Position numbers and translations under genes: made by a program | Shown here: positions 51,728-64,000 of the stretch, one piece after another | How the letters are laid out: every line of letters starts with the position of its first letter | Position numbering within the stretch: the stretch's first letter is position 1 | Assembly: GCA_951406725.2 (NCBI GenBank) | Contig: OX597823.1 | Coordinates: 76,322,001-76,386,000 of the forward strand | From: Octopus vulgaris | Taxonomy: Eukaryota | DNA length: 64,000 nucleotides | Direction of reading: 5' to 3' | Notes under the pieces: model-generated | The model's database searches: none | What the model saw: only the letters and a program-made list of their open reading frames with translations | Told to the model about the DNA's origin: nothing

Positions 51728-51759
51728 TGGAGAGAGAGAAATGAAAAGAGAGTGTGAAA

Positions 51760-51784
51760 TAGATAGATTGATAGATAGACAGAC

Positions 51785-51877
<93 letters not shown>

Positions 51878-51964
51878 TATAGATCGATAGGTAGATAGAT
51901 AGGTAGATAGACAGATAGACAGACAGATAGACAGATAGATAGACAGATAGATAGACAGATAGAC

Positions 51965-52043
<79 letters not shown>

Positions 52044-52058
52044 CAGATAGACAGATAC
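51760..52058. repeat. (GATA)n/(GACA)n microsatellite
   Basis: Direct inspection. Confidence 0.95.
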
Positions 52059-52930
52059 AATATTATGTGTGCATGCATTTTAAAAAAATTTTCCATCATA
52101 TTTTTGGCCTTTCTAGCTTTTCTAAGGGTTGGAATTCTTTATCTAAATAATATCCAATGATGAAGGCTAGCAAAGATAACGCTGCACTATAAACAACAAA
52201 TTGAAGCATTGTATTTATTGCTTCCTGAATAAAACTGTGATCATAAAGAGATTGCATTCAACTAAACGCTTGAATGCTTATCATAATACTACTCCCATAT
52301 TCAGTTAGTTTATGATAGCATTCCTATGATCAATTACTATATCTATGTATTCATAAAAATATAGGGAACAAACGAGGGAAGCTGCATACATGCATAGACA
52401 CATACACATACACATATACAAATACGTGTACTTAGATGCATGCATACATGCATACACATATTTGTGCAGGTATATTCTACATTCTATATGTTGTTGTTGT
52501 GTCCATTTGCATACATGTATGTATCTTTAGCTATCTGTAAATGCATCTATGCATGTAGATGTATATATGCTAAATTTTGCATAGCTGCGCTCACAGATTT
52601 TTAAACACTCGTGTGTAGTGTGTATATAATCAGAAACAAAAAATCACATAAGCAAACACATCCATCGACAGTCATAAATATACTCGTAACTAAACAAAGA
52701 ATTATGTAAACCCATGTATAGATGCATAAATATGCCTAGAAGTAAATATGAATTTAGCTCGAAGCTCATAAACATATACGTAAGTAAATACAGAAGAATG
52801 AAGATATAAAGGAGCATTTGAATACAGAGATAAATAAATAGGTAAAATACAGTCATTGGTAAAGTGAGATATAATACTTTCACTTACACACAGGATTATA
52901 TATATATCTATATATATATATACATACATA

Positions 52931-53682
52931 TAGGCACAGGAGTGGCTGTGTGGTAAGGAGTTAGTTTACCAACCACATGGCTCCAGGTTCAGTCCCACTG
53001 CGTGGCACCTTGGGCAAGTGTCTTCTACTATAGCCTTCGGCCAACCAAAACCTTATGAGTGGATTTGGTAGACAGAAACTGAAAGAAGCCCGTGATATAT
53101 ATGTATATATATAAGTGCATCTGTTTGTATATGTTTCCCCCCACCACCACCAACATCGCTTGACAACCGATGCTGGTGTGTTTACGTCCCCGTAACTTAG
53201 CGGTTCAGCAAAAGAGACTGATAGAATAAGTACTAAGCTTACAAAGAATAATTCTTGGGGTCGATTTGCTCGACTAAAGGTGGTGCTCCAGCATCGGTTG
53301 TCAAGCGATGTTAGGAGGACAAACACAGACACACAAACGTATACTCACACATACATATATATATTGGACGCTCAGAAAAGGAAAGAAAGGAGGAGGATTT
53401 AACGTTTCGTGCGGAGCTCTTCATCAGAAACATAGGAAAAGTAAAGATCCAAGGAAGGGAAGACGGAGGGAAAAAAATCACTAACGGTACACACACGGTC
53501 ACATTTATATATAAATGATGGGCTTCTTTCAGTTTCCCTCTATCTACCAAATCCACTCTCAAGGCTTTGGTTGACCCATGGCTATAGTAAAAGGCATTTG
53601 CCGAAGGTGTCACGCAGTGGCACTGAACCCGGAACCATGTCGTTGATAAGCAAGCTACTTACCACACAGCCACTCCTGCGCC
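52931..53682. mobile_element. Head-out fusion of two SINE family B copies (plus then minus)
   Basis: Junction at the shared heptamer ccagcat (about 53287-53293). Confidence 0.8.
53363..53503 (-). mobile_element. Hammerhead mini-element family E, copy 2, inside the TA tract of a SINE B
   Basis: Minus strand gttt-CTGATGA-a-gagc tcc gcac-GAAAcgtt-aaat at 53397-53431. Confidence 0.78.
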
Positions 53683-53749
53683 TTCTTTTTGCTGATCTGT
53701 CTGTTTGTCCTTCTTGTCTCGTTGACTTTATTGTGTAGAATAATACACT

Positions 53750-55500
53750 TCATGTTGTGTTGACACAGGTCTGCCATAATCTGGCAGATTTATGACAAAA
53801 GGTGTTCCTAGTGTCTTTTCTCTCTGTGATAGTATATCTCTCACTACATCCATTAAACATTGACCTTATCTAAGTAGGAAACATGTCACACTTCAAGAGG
53901 GTTGTAGTCTGCAACATAAAAATAATGGAGGATTCTGCAAGATAATTAGTGAGTAAGCATCTGAAGCTTTTTCCATCAGGTATTGGAGAAACAGTCAAGC
54001 TGTTGGTATAGACATTGATAAACAGGCTTGTAGTTTTTCCAATGTCCAGAATTTGTCCCTCTATCCTTTTGCAATGTTGTTACCTGACTCATCATGACTC
54101 TTCAAGCCAGAACATTCAGATTTCCACTACAAGAAAGGCCCAGAGGTTCACTAAAAGTCTGAACAGCATCAGAGAGGGAGAGACTGTCTCATTGAAATAT
54201 ATATTTCTTTATTGTACACAAGGGGCTAAACATGGTGATACTCTTGATACATTATAAGGAAGCACCAGGAATAGACTTTATTGTCAGACACTGGTACTAA
54301 AATCTTGCTTCTGTTGGGAGTATCTTATCGACTTTTATCAGCAAGCTCTCAACAGGGATATAAATATATCAGGCTGGTTGGCGTTGGCAGAAGCAAACAT
54401 AGAGGGGACAAACAAAGACAGACAAAGAGATTAAGTCGATTACATCGATCCCAGTGCGTAACTGGTACTTAATTTATCGATCCAGAAAGGATGAAAGGCA
54501 AAGTCGACCTCAGCAGAATTTGAACTCAGAACTTAGCGGCAGGTGAAATACCGCAGAGCATTTCACCTGGCGTGCTAACGATTCTGCCAGGTTTTCACCT
54601 TGTCTCAATGAAATATATTCCTATGATACTTTACACTATAAGTAACAATACGGTCATTTCCAGTATTCAACTTAAAGGTGGTGTTCCAAAATGAAGTCAG
54701 GTTTTCTATGGCCTTTATTAGGATCTCTGAAACTTTGGCATTCCCCAAAAGTCTCTAGCATCCTAGAATAGGAAACCCAATCGAATGATTTCTTGTTAAA
54801 ATTTCCTCATATACTGCCACATATTTGACACTACAATTTTGTTAATTAGAAGTTGGTTAGCCCACCCCTAAACTCTATTCTTCCCTGTTGTTTGTTCAAC
54901 TATGATAATATTATTACTGTCTCAATGATCCGAGAGAAATATGTACATATAGGCTGTATAGATTTTAAACATTACATTCTTCTATGCGATAGGCTGGTCG
55001 TTTTACACAATATAAATTGGCTTTGTTTTGAAGTATCAATTTTGCTTCTGCCAACGCCAACCAGCCTGATATATTTATATCCCTGTTGAGAGCTTGCAGA
55101 TAAAAGTCGATAAGATACTCCCAACAGAAGCAAGATTTTAGTACCAGTGTCTGACAATAAAGTCTATTCCTGGTGCTGCTTCCTTATAATGAAGTTTTTA
55201 GCTAATAATCTCAAGAGTATCACCATTGATGTGGTAATACTTTTTCAGACTTCTGATCACACTGCAATGGGATTAAACTCTTTTTCCTCACACTGGATTT
55301 TTCTTCAGAACTAATCCATATTTTCATGAGAAGGTGCCTCTGTAACATTTATCGATTGTCCCCTCATATCTAAGTAAACTGTTGATTGGTTTTGATTAAA
55401 TGTCTTGATAATATTTTTCTTCCAGCTATTTTCTTCTGATACTGAAAATTTTCATTTCACAAACAGCCTTTAATTTCTCTTTGAGGGAAATTAATTTTAA
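53750..55500 (-). pseudogene. Highly decayed R2/R4-type RT fossil
   Basis: APGIDFI..HWY, PIA..NVMFKIYT, DH..SNNII..EQ..G, QLLINK and IFQ.DSL motifs, with many stops. Confidence 0.7.
54203..54600 (-). mobile_element. SINE family A with an 18-bp TSD and a captured inverted local fragment
   Basis: TSD tgtctca(t/a)tgaaatatat at 54185 and 54601. Insert 54232-54397 matches the reverse complement of 55041-55226 minus a short internal gap. Confidence 0.85.
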
Positions 55501-55808
55501 TTAAGGTGCTCTTATTTTACTGTCTCCTTAAATTGAATCTATTTCGTTTTTCACTCTTTTATTGTTGAGGGGGCATATTTGTTTGCATTTGGAAACAAAG
55601 CTACATAACTGAAAGGCTTCTGCAGAACAACACTCATCTCTTCTGTTTTCCATATCCAAGATGAAAATATATTTATTCTTTTATGGATTTGTTTACTTCT
55701 TTACTATCTCTGATTAACTTTTGTTTATTTACCCTGACAAAAATTACTTTCTAGATATTTTTAAGGAAATAAAAATGCACAAATTTTTAATTTGTGGAAA
55801 TTACAACA

Positions 55809-57221
55809 TACAGAGTGTGTAAATAAACTAAGACTTTTTTCTGTAAGCACTTTTCCTTAAAATCCTTAAAATCCTTTAAAATGTTTTAGCCCGAAGGCCG
55901 CAGCCATGCCGGGGCACCACCGCTTTTTAACAGTTGTTATTTATAATTAAATTACAAAATCTGTAATTGTCACTTTGTATGTACTTCCTTTTGGAAGCCA
56001 CACTATGCCCAAGATGTTTCCACTCTTCATTGCAGGACTGAAAGTCAGAAACCAGAATGGCCTTAAACTAGTCCATTACAGCCGTTCTTATGTTTTCTAG
56101 TGTGCTAAAATGATGCCCTTTGAGGTGGATTTTCAATCTTGGAAAGAGAAAGCAGTCACATGGATTAATGTCAGGCAAAATAAGGGCTGAGGGACAATAG
56201 GAATGATTTTCCTTGCCCAAATCTCTGTAATCAAAAGTGCCATGAAGCAAGGCACATTGTTGTGATGTAGCATCCAGATGTCTTTGATGTTTGGCCTCAC
56301 ATGTGCAGCCCATTTACACAGCCTTCTAAGAACCTTACGGTAAAAATGCTGAGTGTCCTTCTGTCCTTGAGACATAAATTCTTTACAGATGAGTCCGTTG
56401 CTGTCAAAAAAGGAAATGAGTGTGGTTTTAATTTTCGATTCACTCATTCTCACTTACTTTGATCTCAGTGAGTTTGTTGTGTGTCACTCCTGACTTTGAC
56501 ATTTTGTTTCTGGATCATACTTCAAAAATCCATGATTCATTATCCATAATGAACTTTATGAGAAAACCTGGTTTCAATTTTAATCCATTCACAGCACACA
56601 TTCTTCCTGATCACAGCACACATCCTTCCTGTTGTCTTTTGCTCAGGAGTGAAATTTTGGGGGATAAATTTCCCTAAAATTCTTCTCATTCTCAGTTTCT
56701 TAGCCCAAACTTGATGAATGGTAGTATGGCTCAAATTCAGCTTCTCTATAATCCTTCTGGTGGATGATCAAGTGGTCAGATTACACAAGTTCTCTGATTC
56801 ATTCCATATTTTCATCATTTCTTAAAGTTGATGGCCTTCTTGACCAAGGGTCATCTTCAGCAGATTCTCAGCCTTCCATAAAGACTTGGAACCATCTGAA
56901 AACCTGTGCTCTTGATAAAGCAGTCTCCCCATAAGCCTGTTGATGTTTGGCTCTAGTTTCAGTGGCACTGTGTATGAGTTTGAAATAAAATTTGATCAAA
57001 CAGCATTGCTTGTAACTGTACTCGCTCATTTTCAGGACACACAAAATAAAATCTCATTGAAAAATGTGTCCTCATATTTCACCTGTTAACACTATGTGAT
57101 TGCTGCTTGAACTGAAGATATAAGGGATGTCGATGTAACAACACTGTGAAAGGAAACCTCGCAGTGTTGCCAGATCAAAAGCTATGAAGCTAGTCTCATT
57201 ACTTTATTTCCAAACTTCGTA
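55809..57221 (-). pseudogene. mariner transposon, near full length, decayed
   Basis: SKIKTTLISFFDSNG, WMLHHNNVP and PDINPCDCFLFPRLK..LKGHHF match mariner catalytic-domain motifs. Degenerate TIRs with TA. Confidence 0.85.
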
Positions 57222-57414
57222 TTGTATTGTTATAGAATTCTCTCCTGATTTTGTTAATCACTTTTAATATCAACTCAGTTTGTGTTTTATTTAGCAGTCT
57301 TTCTTGTAGCAAGAATTCTAAAAATGAAATAATCATTACTTCAAATAGTTTGATAAAGAAATGTCCTCATTCTTCCAGATCAACACAATTTTTTTTTTAA
57401 CTGACGGTGTAAAT

Positions 57415-57691
57415 CAATGGTTCCCAAAATTTTGGGGGCTGTCACACCCTTGACATCCCAGCCACATTCCTAGCGCCCCCACTCCAACTAACTGTTACAA
57501 GTATAGACCTCTTTTGAAAAGCAAATTCAAAGCAACTGTATTTCACAAATAAAACTTGACCTAATGAACCCATTATTTTTTTGTTTTTACATGAATCCCT
57601 ACTCCATTATTGCCCCACTTTTCTTCAACACCCCCTTGGAACTTTCCACTTCTCCCAAGGGGAGAAAAACCGCCCACTTTGAGAACTATTG
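57415..57691. mobile_element. hAT (Charlie-like) MITE
   Basis: TIR caatggttcccaaa/tttgagaactattg with a perfect 8-bp TSD gtgtaaat. Confidence 0.85.
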
Positions 57692-58519
57692 GTGTAAATT
57701 ACCAACTTGACTGCAAGATAACATCGTGACACTAGGAACTGTGGTTTTTGCGACACATGTTATCAAATTTGTCAAAGGCTTGTCTGTTTGAGGAGAATGA
57801 TTCCATGGAAATATTTGTATAATGTTTAATGTATACAGAATAAAATTCTAGTCATCATCTTTCCTCTTGTGTTCTACAAATGTCATTTTTTTTTTAAGTC
57901 ATTGTCCTATCCTAACATGATTTAGTTCTGAATGTACTCTGTCTCAAAATATTATTATTATATTTATATAACAAACCAAAATGTTTTATTGCTATTCTAA
58001 AGTAGTTAAATTAAGCAATGTTATTTCTGACTTTACAATTCCAAGAAAACTGCATTTTATAGTTATGGTTTCTTCTCCTACTAAACAGAAAAAGTGTTTA
58101 ACTTTTCCAATGTATTTTTTCTGATGTTGATATTGTCAAGTCCTGCCATTGGTGTTACAAATATTAGCATTGAGAATTCAAGTTTGAGACAAATATTACA
58201 ATGTTCTTGAATAAGAGATTTCTTCAATGACAGTAATCTGAAGGATAATGAATTTTTTTAATGGGACTAAATAGTTTTGGTATTCATGATGCAGCCCCTT
58301 TTTTTAATTGCAAATTCAATCATTGGCCTATTGTGCTGCTAACACAACAGTAAACACCGATGTCATATGTGTGCATATTTGTTTCTCCTTTAATTGTTCA
58401 AAGTCATCCTATAAGAAAGGAAGTGATTTCTAACACTGAAACAAAGACCCATCGTTGAAATTTTGATAGTAAAAGTGGTAAATGCTATATGTTAGGCTTT
58501 AGAGAACTCTTATATATTA

Positions 58520-58836
58520 TTTATTTTTTTATTTATGCACCCTTTTCAAGCCTAGTCAGGCTCATGGGCCCGGTTGCCTGGTTTCTATGGCATATATGTT
58601 CCCCCCAAGCTGGATGTGATGCTAGTCCATCACAGCATTACTCAAGAAAGTGGAAGAAAGAGTGAGAAAAACATGGGGCGAAAGAGTACAACAGAGGTCA
58701 CCACCACCCCTGCCAAAGCCTCGTGGAACTTTAGGTGTTTTCGCTCAATAAATACACACAACACCTGGTCTGGGAATCGAAACTGCAATCCTCCGACCAC
58801 GAGTCTGCTGCCATAACCACTGGGCTATTACGCCCC
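58520..58836 (-). mobile_element. SINE family C, tail type 3
   Basis: Family C head and core with a third tail, gatggactagcatcacatccag...agaaaccaggcaaccggg. Confidence 0.8.
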
Positions 58837-59723
58837 TTAAATATTATTTACTGTTTCTTATACAAGCTGTATCTGTATCATGCATGTTAGTTAATCACTT
58901 ATTTGCCTGATAACTCTTTTCATAATTGTCATTGCAACGCCTACGAATGCAGCCAAGTGAATGGTTTTCAATTTTTTCCAGTGAAATTCACTTTGATATA
59001 TACAATACTAAAACATGGATTTAAGGAGCTAAAATGACAAAATACATGTTGCCAAAAGCATAACTAACAGGCATGGTTGAAAATCTCTGGTATTGAAGGT
59101 TCTTCCTTGACAGAAGATATTTACCATTTCTATTTAGCTCCAGCTCAGTCATGATACAAATCAAAGACTGCATGAAGTGCTGCTAAGTGCATATATACAG
59201 TTCAGTTTGAGGAAGACCAAAAATGGATGAACACTGATGGAACTGCACTGACAATATTGCAAGGTTGCATCTGCAATAATGTGCAGACAGTGCACTGGAA
59301 ACATGTGTAGGTCATTGTAATATGCTGTATACTTCATTTTACACTGGAATTTGAGGCTGAACCTTTCAACTTACTGAGAGATAAAAAAATCAAGTAAGGG
59401 GTTATTAGGAAGCAGGTAGGGATGTGATTCTATGGGGGAGTTAAGAAGGGAGAAAAGGGATGGTGTATGTGTGCACATACAGGAGTGTGTTATGTGTGTA
59501 TGAGACAAATGTGACAGCAGGACAGTGCGTATGAGTATGCGGTTAAAGGAAAGGTGGGATCAAATAGGTGAGGTGATAAAAGTGTATGTAAATGTACAGG
59601 TGTGCAATGCTGTAATGTGGGAGGAAGCCATGAATAAGAGAGATGAAAGAAGATACAATACATTACTACAAAAATTCGTTCTCCGTTCTCCCTGTCTCTC
59701 TTATATACATACATATATGTATG

Positions 59724-59757
<34 letters not shown>

Positions 59758-59801
59758 CGTATGCATGCATGCATGTATGTATGTATGTATGTATGTATAT
59801 A

Positions 59802-60020
59802 TAGTCAATCCAAAATTGAACAAGCAAGAAAAAACAACACAAGGATGTAGAATAAGTACAGTGTTATTGCACGCTCAGGAAAGGAAAGAAAAGAAAGAGG
59901 ATTTCATGTTTCGAGCGGAGCTCTTCCTCAGAAATATAGAAAAAGTTCAAAGAAGGGAAGACAGAGAAAGAAAATCAGCAAGAATACACACGCGGTCACA
60001 TATTGAAGTGACTGGAAGAG
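59802..60020 (-). mobile_element. Hammerhead mini-element family E, copy 3
   Basis: Minus strand attt-CTGAGGA-a-gagc tcc gctc-GAAAcatg-aaat at 59901-59935, between (TATG)n/(TA)n tracts. Confidence 0.75.
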
Positions 60021-60087
60021 AATGGGTGAAGAATGTATGTATGTATGTATGTATGTATGTGTGTATGTATGTATGTATGTATGTATG

Positions 60088-60139
<52 letters not shown>

Positions 60140-60344
60140 TTCATCTAATATAGGATGAAATTTTTCGTAAAAAATTCTATCAATGGCCAGCATATTAGAA
60201 AATACCTTTAAAGATTAAATTTATAAACAACTTATAAACAGGGGCAAAAGAAAAAAATTCTAATGCCAAATATGCTGAAAATAGACAAATCGTCAATAAC
60301 CATATAATTCATCACTATAAGCACGTGTCTCGAAGTAAGCCGTG

Positions 60345-61081
60345 GCTTTTCTTTATATTTCTTTTATTTTTCAAGTTTGAGGTAAACAAATTTCTTTTTT
60401 AATCTAAAATATACTCTCCTTCGTTTTCTGCAATGCTCTTTCTTCTATCTGGTAGACTAGGAGGCCCCTCTTCCAAAATTCGCTTGTCTGATGAAAAATA
60501 CTCCTCCAGTACTGTTTTGACTTCGTCTACAGAATTCATATTTTTCCACCAATGATTTTGAAGACTGCAGAATAAATGATAATCAGATGGGGTAATGGCT
60601 GGTGAATATGGTGAGTGGAGCATCGTTTCCCGTGGCTGAGCATTATCCTCAACAGTTATGATGGGATTTTCTTCCACCAGAGTTTGCAGGACATCCTAGT
60701 CGAGCTCTATAGATTTTCCAGGATGAGGCTCATCTTGTAGATTCAGAATTTCTGGAACCACAGTTGACACTGGCTTATGCTTATTGTTCAATCACCATAT
60801 ACTGCATTAATATTCCTTGCACTTTCCGTTGCATTGTTGCCTTTATTGAACTCATAGAGCAAAATATAGCTGAATATGCTCCTTTGTCACTTCCATTATA
60901 GCTTTGGAAAAAAAGCTGTTACAATCGAACTGCACTCTTCAAAACTTGCACTAAGAATAAGGCCATGGTAAAATTACTACCAGATTTTATAGCAAGTTGA
61001 TGCAGGTAGTTTATCCTGTCCACCTCCGACTTTTAGCTCATCCAGTTGACAGAACTGCATCATTTACGGGATAACCCAATA
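60345..61081 (-). pseudogene. Internally deleted mariner element
   Basis: HTH-region remnant (LVEENPIITVE) fused to DNA.P...HSPYSPAITPSDYHLF.SLQNH. Confidence 0.8.
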
Positions 61082-61183
61082 CAGCCAAATATATATGTAT
61101 GGAAACATGTGGCATGTGTGTATATGTACAAATAAGTATATACATATATATATATATTTATATATATATGTATATATACATAC

Positions 61184-61370
61184 ATCATCATCATCATTAT
61201 CATCATTTAACGTCCGCTTTCCATGCTAGCATGGGTTGGACGGTTCAACTGGGGTCTGGGGAGCCCGAAGGCTGCACCAGTCCAGTCAGATCTGGCAGTG
61301 TTTCTACAGCTGGATGCCCTTCCTATCGCCAACCACTCCGAGAGTGTAGTGGGTGATTTTATGTGTCACC
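61184..61370 (-). mobile_element. RTE-related 3' end with (GAT)n tail
   Basis: Matches 43721-43900. Confidence 0.78.
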
Positions 61371-61377
61371 GACACAC

Positions 61378-61426
<49 letters not shown>

Positions 61427-61674
61427 TGTATGTTCATTTCTATATAACTATTTCGGGTGCAGTTATGGAAAAATCAACTAAGCATTCAGGGCCTTCATCA
61501 AAATCATCCCTAACAGAATGTTGGCTAAAGTAAAAACAGAACTAATATTTTATTTCATCTCATCATGTTCATCATTTTCTCGATAACCTGAGATTTTTAA
61601 GTTTACGTACAATTAACGATTGCCTCTGGAAAAATGTTTCACATTTTCAGTTGATTTTCTTTCTCTCTCTGATA

Positions 61675-61839
61675 AATCGCTAGCCACCATTCTCTCCTTG
61701 TTTCTTTCTGTATTCCTTTCTGTGGAAGAGCATAGGCTCGAAACGTTAAAGACTTTTTCAATTCCCAAGTGTTATACTATTACATCTGCTTGTTTTCTAC
61801 ACCACCTGTCTTTGTCTTTGGTTTTTTTTCATGAATTCG

Positions 61840-61845
<6 letters not shown>
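61675..61845 (+). mobile_element. Hammerhead mini-element, family E-related
   Basis: cttt-CTGTGGA-a-gagc atag gctc-GAAAcgtt-aaag at 61716-61751, ending at (TA)n. Confidence 0.65.
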
Positions 61846-61911
<66 letters not shown>

Positions 61912-62353
61912 GTATATATATGTCTATGCATACAGACATATATATATATATATGTAAGCATATAAAGGAATATATGCTTATATACATATATATACATATA
62001 CATACACACATGCATACTCACACGCACACACATACACATATATATATGTGTATGTATGTATCTATGTTATATATATTAGAGAACATTTTTTTTTCAAAAC
62101 AATGCATCACAATAAAATCAAATACCATACATAATTGCTTAAGTCATCATATATGCAATGCCTTTGATGATATATTCAAGAGCCCTCTTTAGAAATGTCT
62201 TTTTATGTTACTATCATATTTTCCTTTCTCAATTTCTGTAATTTTATACAATTATCAATATTTCAGGAAATAACACTACTTTACAACCACCAAAGAGAAA
62301 TGTATAACTATAGAATATATATAACCATAAAGCATATGAATAAATTAATGTTA

Positions 62354-62357
<4 letters not shown>

Positions 62358-62396
<39 letters not shown>

Positions 62397-62426
62397 CATA
62401 CATACATACATACATACATACATACA

Positions 62427-62456
<30 letters not shown>
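62358..62456. repeat. (TA)n-(TACA)n microsatellite
   Basis: Direct inspection. Confidence 0.95.
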
Positions 62457-62457
<1 letters not shown>

Positions 62458-64000
62458 CATCTTTATTGTGTTTGGTTTACAAGATGCTTGAAGTGAATTT
62501 GTGTATTGAAACAAATCTTAGGGCCCTCCTAAGACACACAAAGCTATATATAAATGTGTGTGTATGTGTGCGTGAGTATATGTATGTATGTAGTATGTAA
62601 TTATGTATGTATGTATGTATAATATAGACACTGACAGAGTAAGGAAAAGCAGACTGATAGAGAATGGTTGAGAGAAAATAATGTATATAGGTGCAGGAGT
62701 GGATGTGTTGTAAGAAGCTTGCTTCTGTGCATGTGTATGTCAGTGTTTCCTTGACACCGAGAGGAGTCATGATGCTGGTGTTCAGCGTCATGAATTATTG
62801 AACTAGTGAAGTTCAACTGCAAGGAATGACTTTTGTTTTTTGGGATTCAGTGGGGGTTTGTTGTTTGTTGTTGAGTTTTTTCTTTTCAAGCAAGAAATCC
62901 TCACTGGATTCTGAGCATTTGTCAGCCTGCAGTTGGGTATAAGTATCTCACTTAGCAATGAGAAACAAGTTGTTTTGAAGGCGAGATACGCCTCCAAAAA
63001 CTGCGTACTTTATTGTCTTTGTACTCCTACTGCTGTGTTCCTGCTTCTATTTAGTTGGCCTGGAGTACAGGTGGCTGGAAGATGCTGTACAGTATTTTGA
63101 GAGCGTTTCCCATCTCCAAATATTGTGAAATTTTTTTACCAATTTTTGTATCAATTTATTGGTGAAATTTGTGAAGCTGTGTTCTGGTTGCCATGTTCCT
63201 GTTGCTATACCAGTTGGCTGGAAGATTGAAGTCGCTGTGTTTTGGACTGTTTTCTTCCGTTCTTTCCTTTTTTGTGTTTTAGTTTTTGGATTTTTTGTGT
63301 GAACTTTTCTTCTTCCAAAACATGGAAGAAGAAACGAACACTGTGTAGGAGTGGGAGATTATCCCACACTAACACTGGTTAAAAGACTTAGAGGAAAGGA
63401 CGGTGGTGTTGAGTACATATTCAAAGTCACTTAACACCATCACCATCTTTCCTAAAATCGAAATAGAGAAAGAGTCGGCAGAGCATCTGCCAACTATAAA
63501 GTTTATTTCTAAGGGTGTCAAGTATGCAACTGTATGGCAGCTATTTGACTCCCCTGAGGTGGCTTGCAAATTTGCAAGCCAGCATTTGGAGGGCCAGGAG
63601 ATCCTGTTTCTTCCCACATATTGCGGAAACTAATTATAGGCAGTCATTAGACTTACATAATTGATTTTTGAAAGGTGATAGATTGACAATCTTACAAAAG
63701 ACATCAGAAAATGCAGTCTTCAAGATCAGGTGGTTATGTCCGCAATGTCATTGATCATAAGTCTGTTTCATCAAAACCGATCTTAAGTGTAAACAATATT
63801 TAGTTTTAAGTGTGGCTCATTAGTTTTTATGATGTTTTTTCTTTTTGTTTAGAGCTATTTTCCTCACCCTCTTGTGTGTGTGTGTTTTGTGCCTTCTGTT
63901 ATGTATGTAAACTTTAAAGACCATTAGTCATTCTAGAAGTCGTGCAACAACTCTTACTGAAAAGCTATAAAAATTTCATTATTGTCCAGTATGTAACACT

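Noticed and set aside
3482-62822. Dozens of ORFs rich in YI, HT, CV, LSIY or poly-I/L/N
   Set aside because: They are translations of microsatellites, which lack stops in some frames, and show no protein features.
63320-63640. ORF-like segment (VVLSTYSK...LFLPTYCG), perhaps a LINE ORF1 remnant
   Set aside because: In-frame stops upstream and no diagnostic motif.

Overview
AT-rich eukaryotic DNA, intergenic or intronic, saturated with microsatellites ((TA)n, (CA)n, (TACA)n, (TAT)n, (GATA)n) and transposon debris. The tRNA-derived SINE families suggest a coleoid cephalopod, probably Octopus; this is an inference. I find no supportable host protein-coding exon, and nearly all ORF-track entries are microsatellite or SINE read-through. 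Recognisable content: four tRNA-headed SINE groups, a young 5'-truncated R4/Dong-type LINE with an REL endonuclease inserted in (TAA)n, older R4/Dong, RTE and Penelope (GIY-YIG) fossils, mariner, Chapaev3-like and MULE fossils, non-autonomous Helitrons, MITEs and a U6 snRNA fragment. The most notable signal is about ten short non-coding units that carry type I hammerhead ribozyme folds, most of them in or beside (TA)n tracts. One has an intact core (18278-18370), one family shows covariation in stem I, one is fused to a tRNA/Pol III head, and two carry candidate core variants. Together these point to a hammerhead-based, microsatellite-associated, probably Penelope-mobilised family of mini-retroelements. 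Other oddities are local DNA captured inside SINEs, a 478-bp palindrome, and a structured direct-repeat element at 13.2-14.3 kb. All alignments and folds were done by eye.
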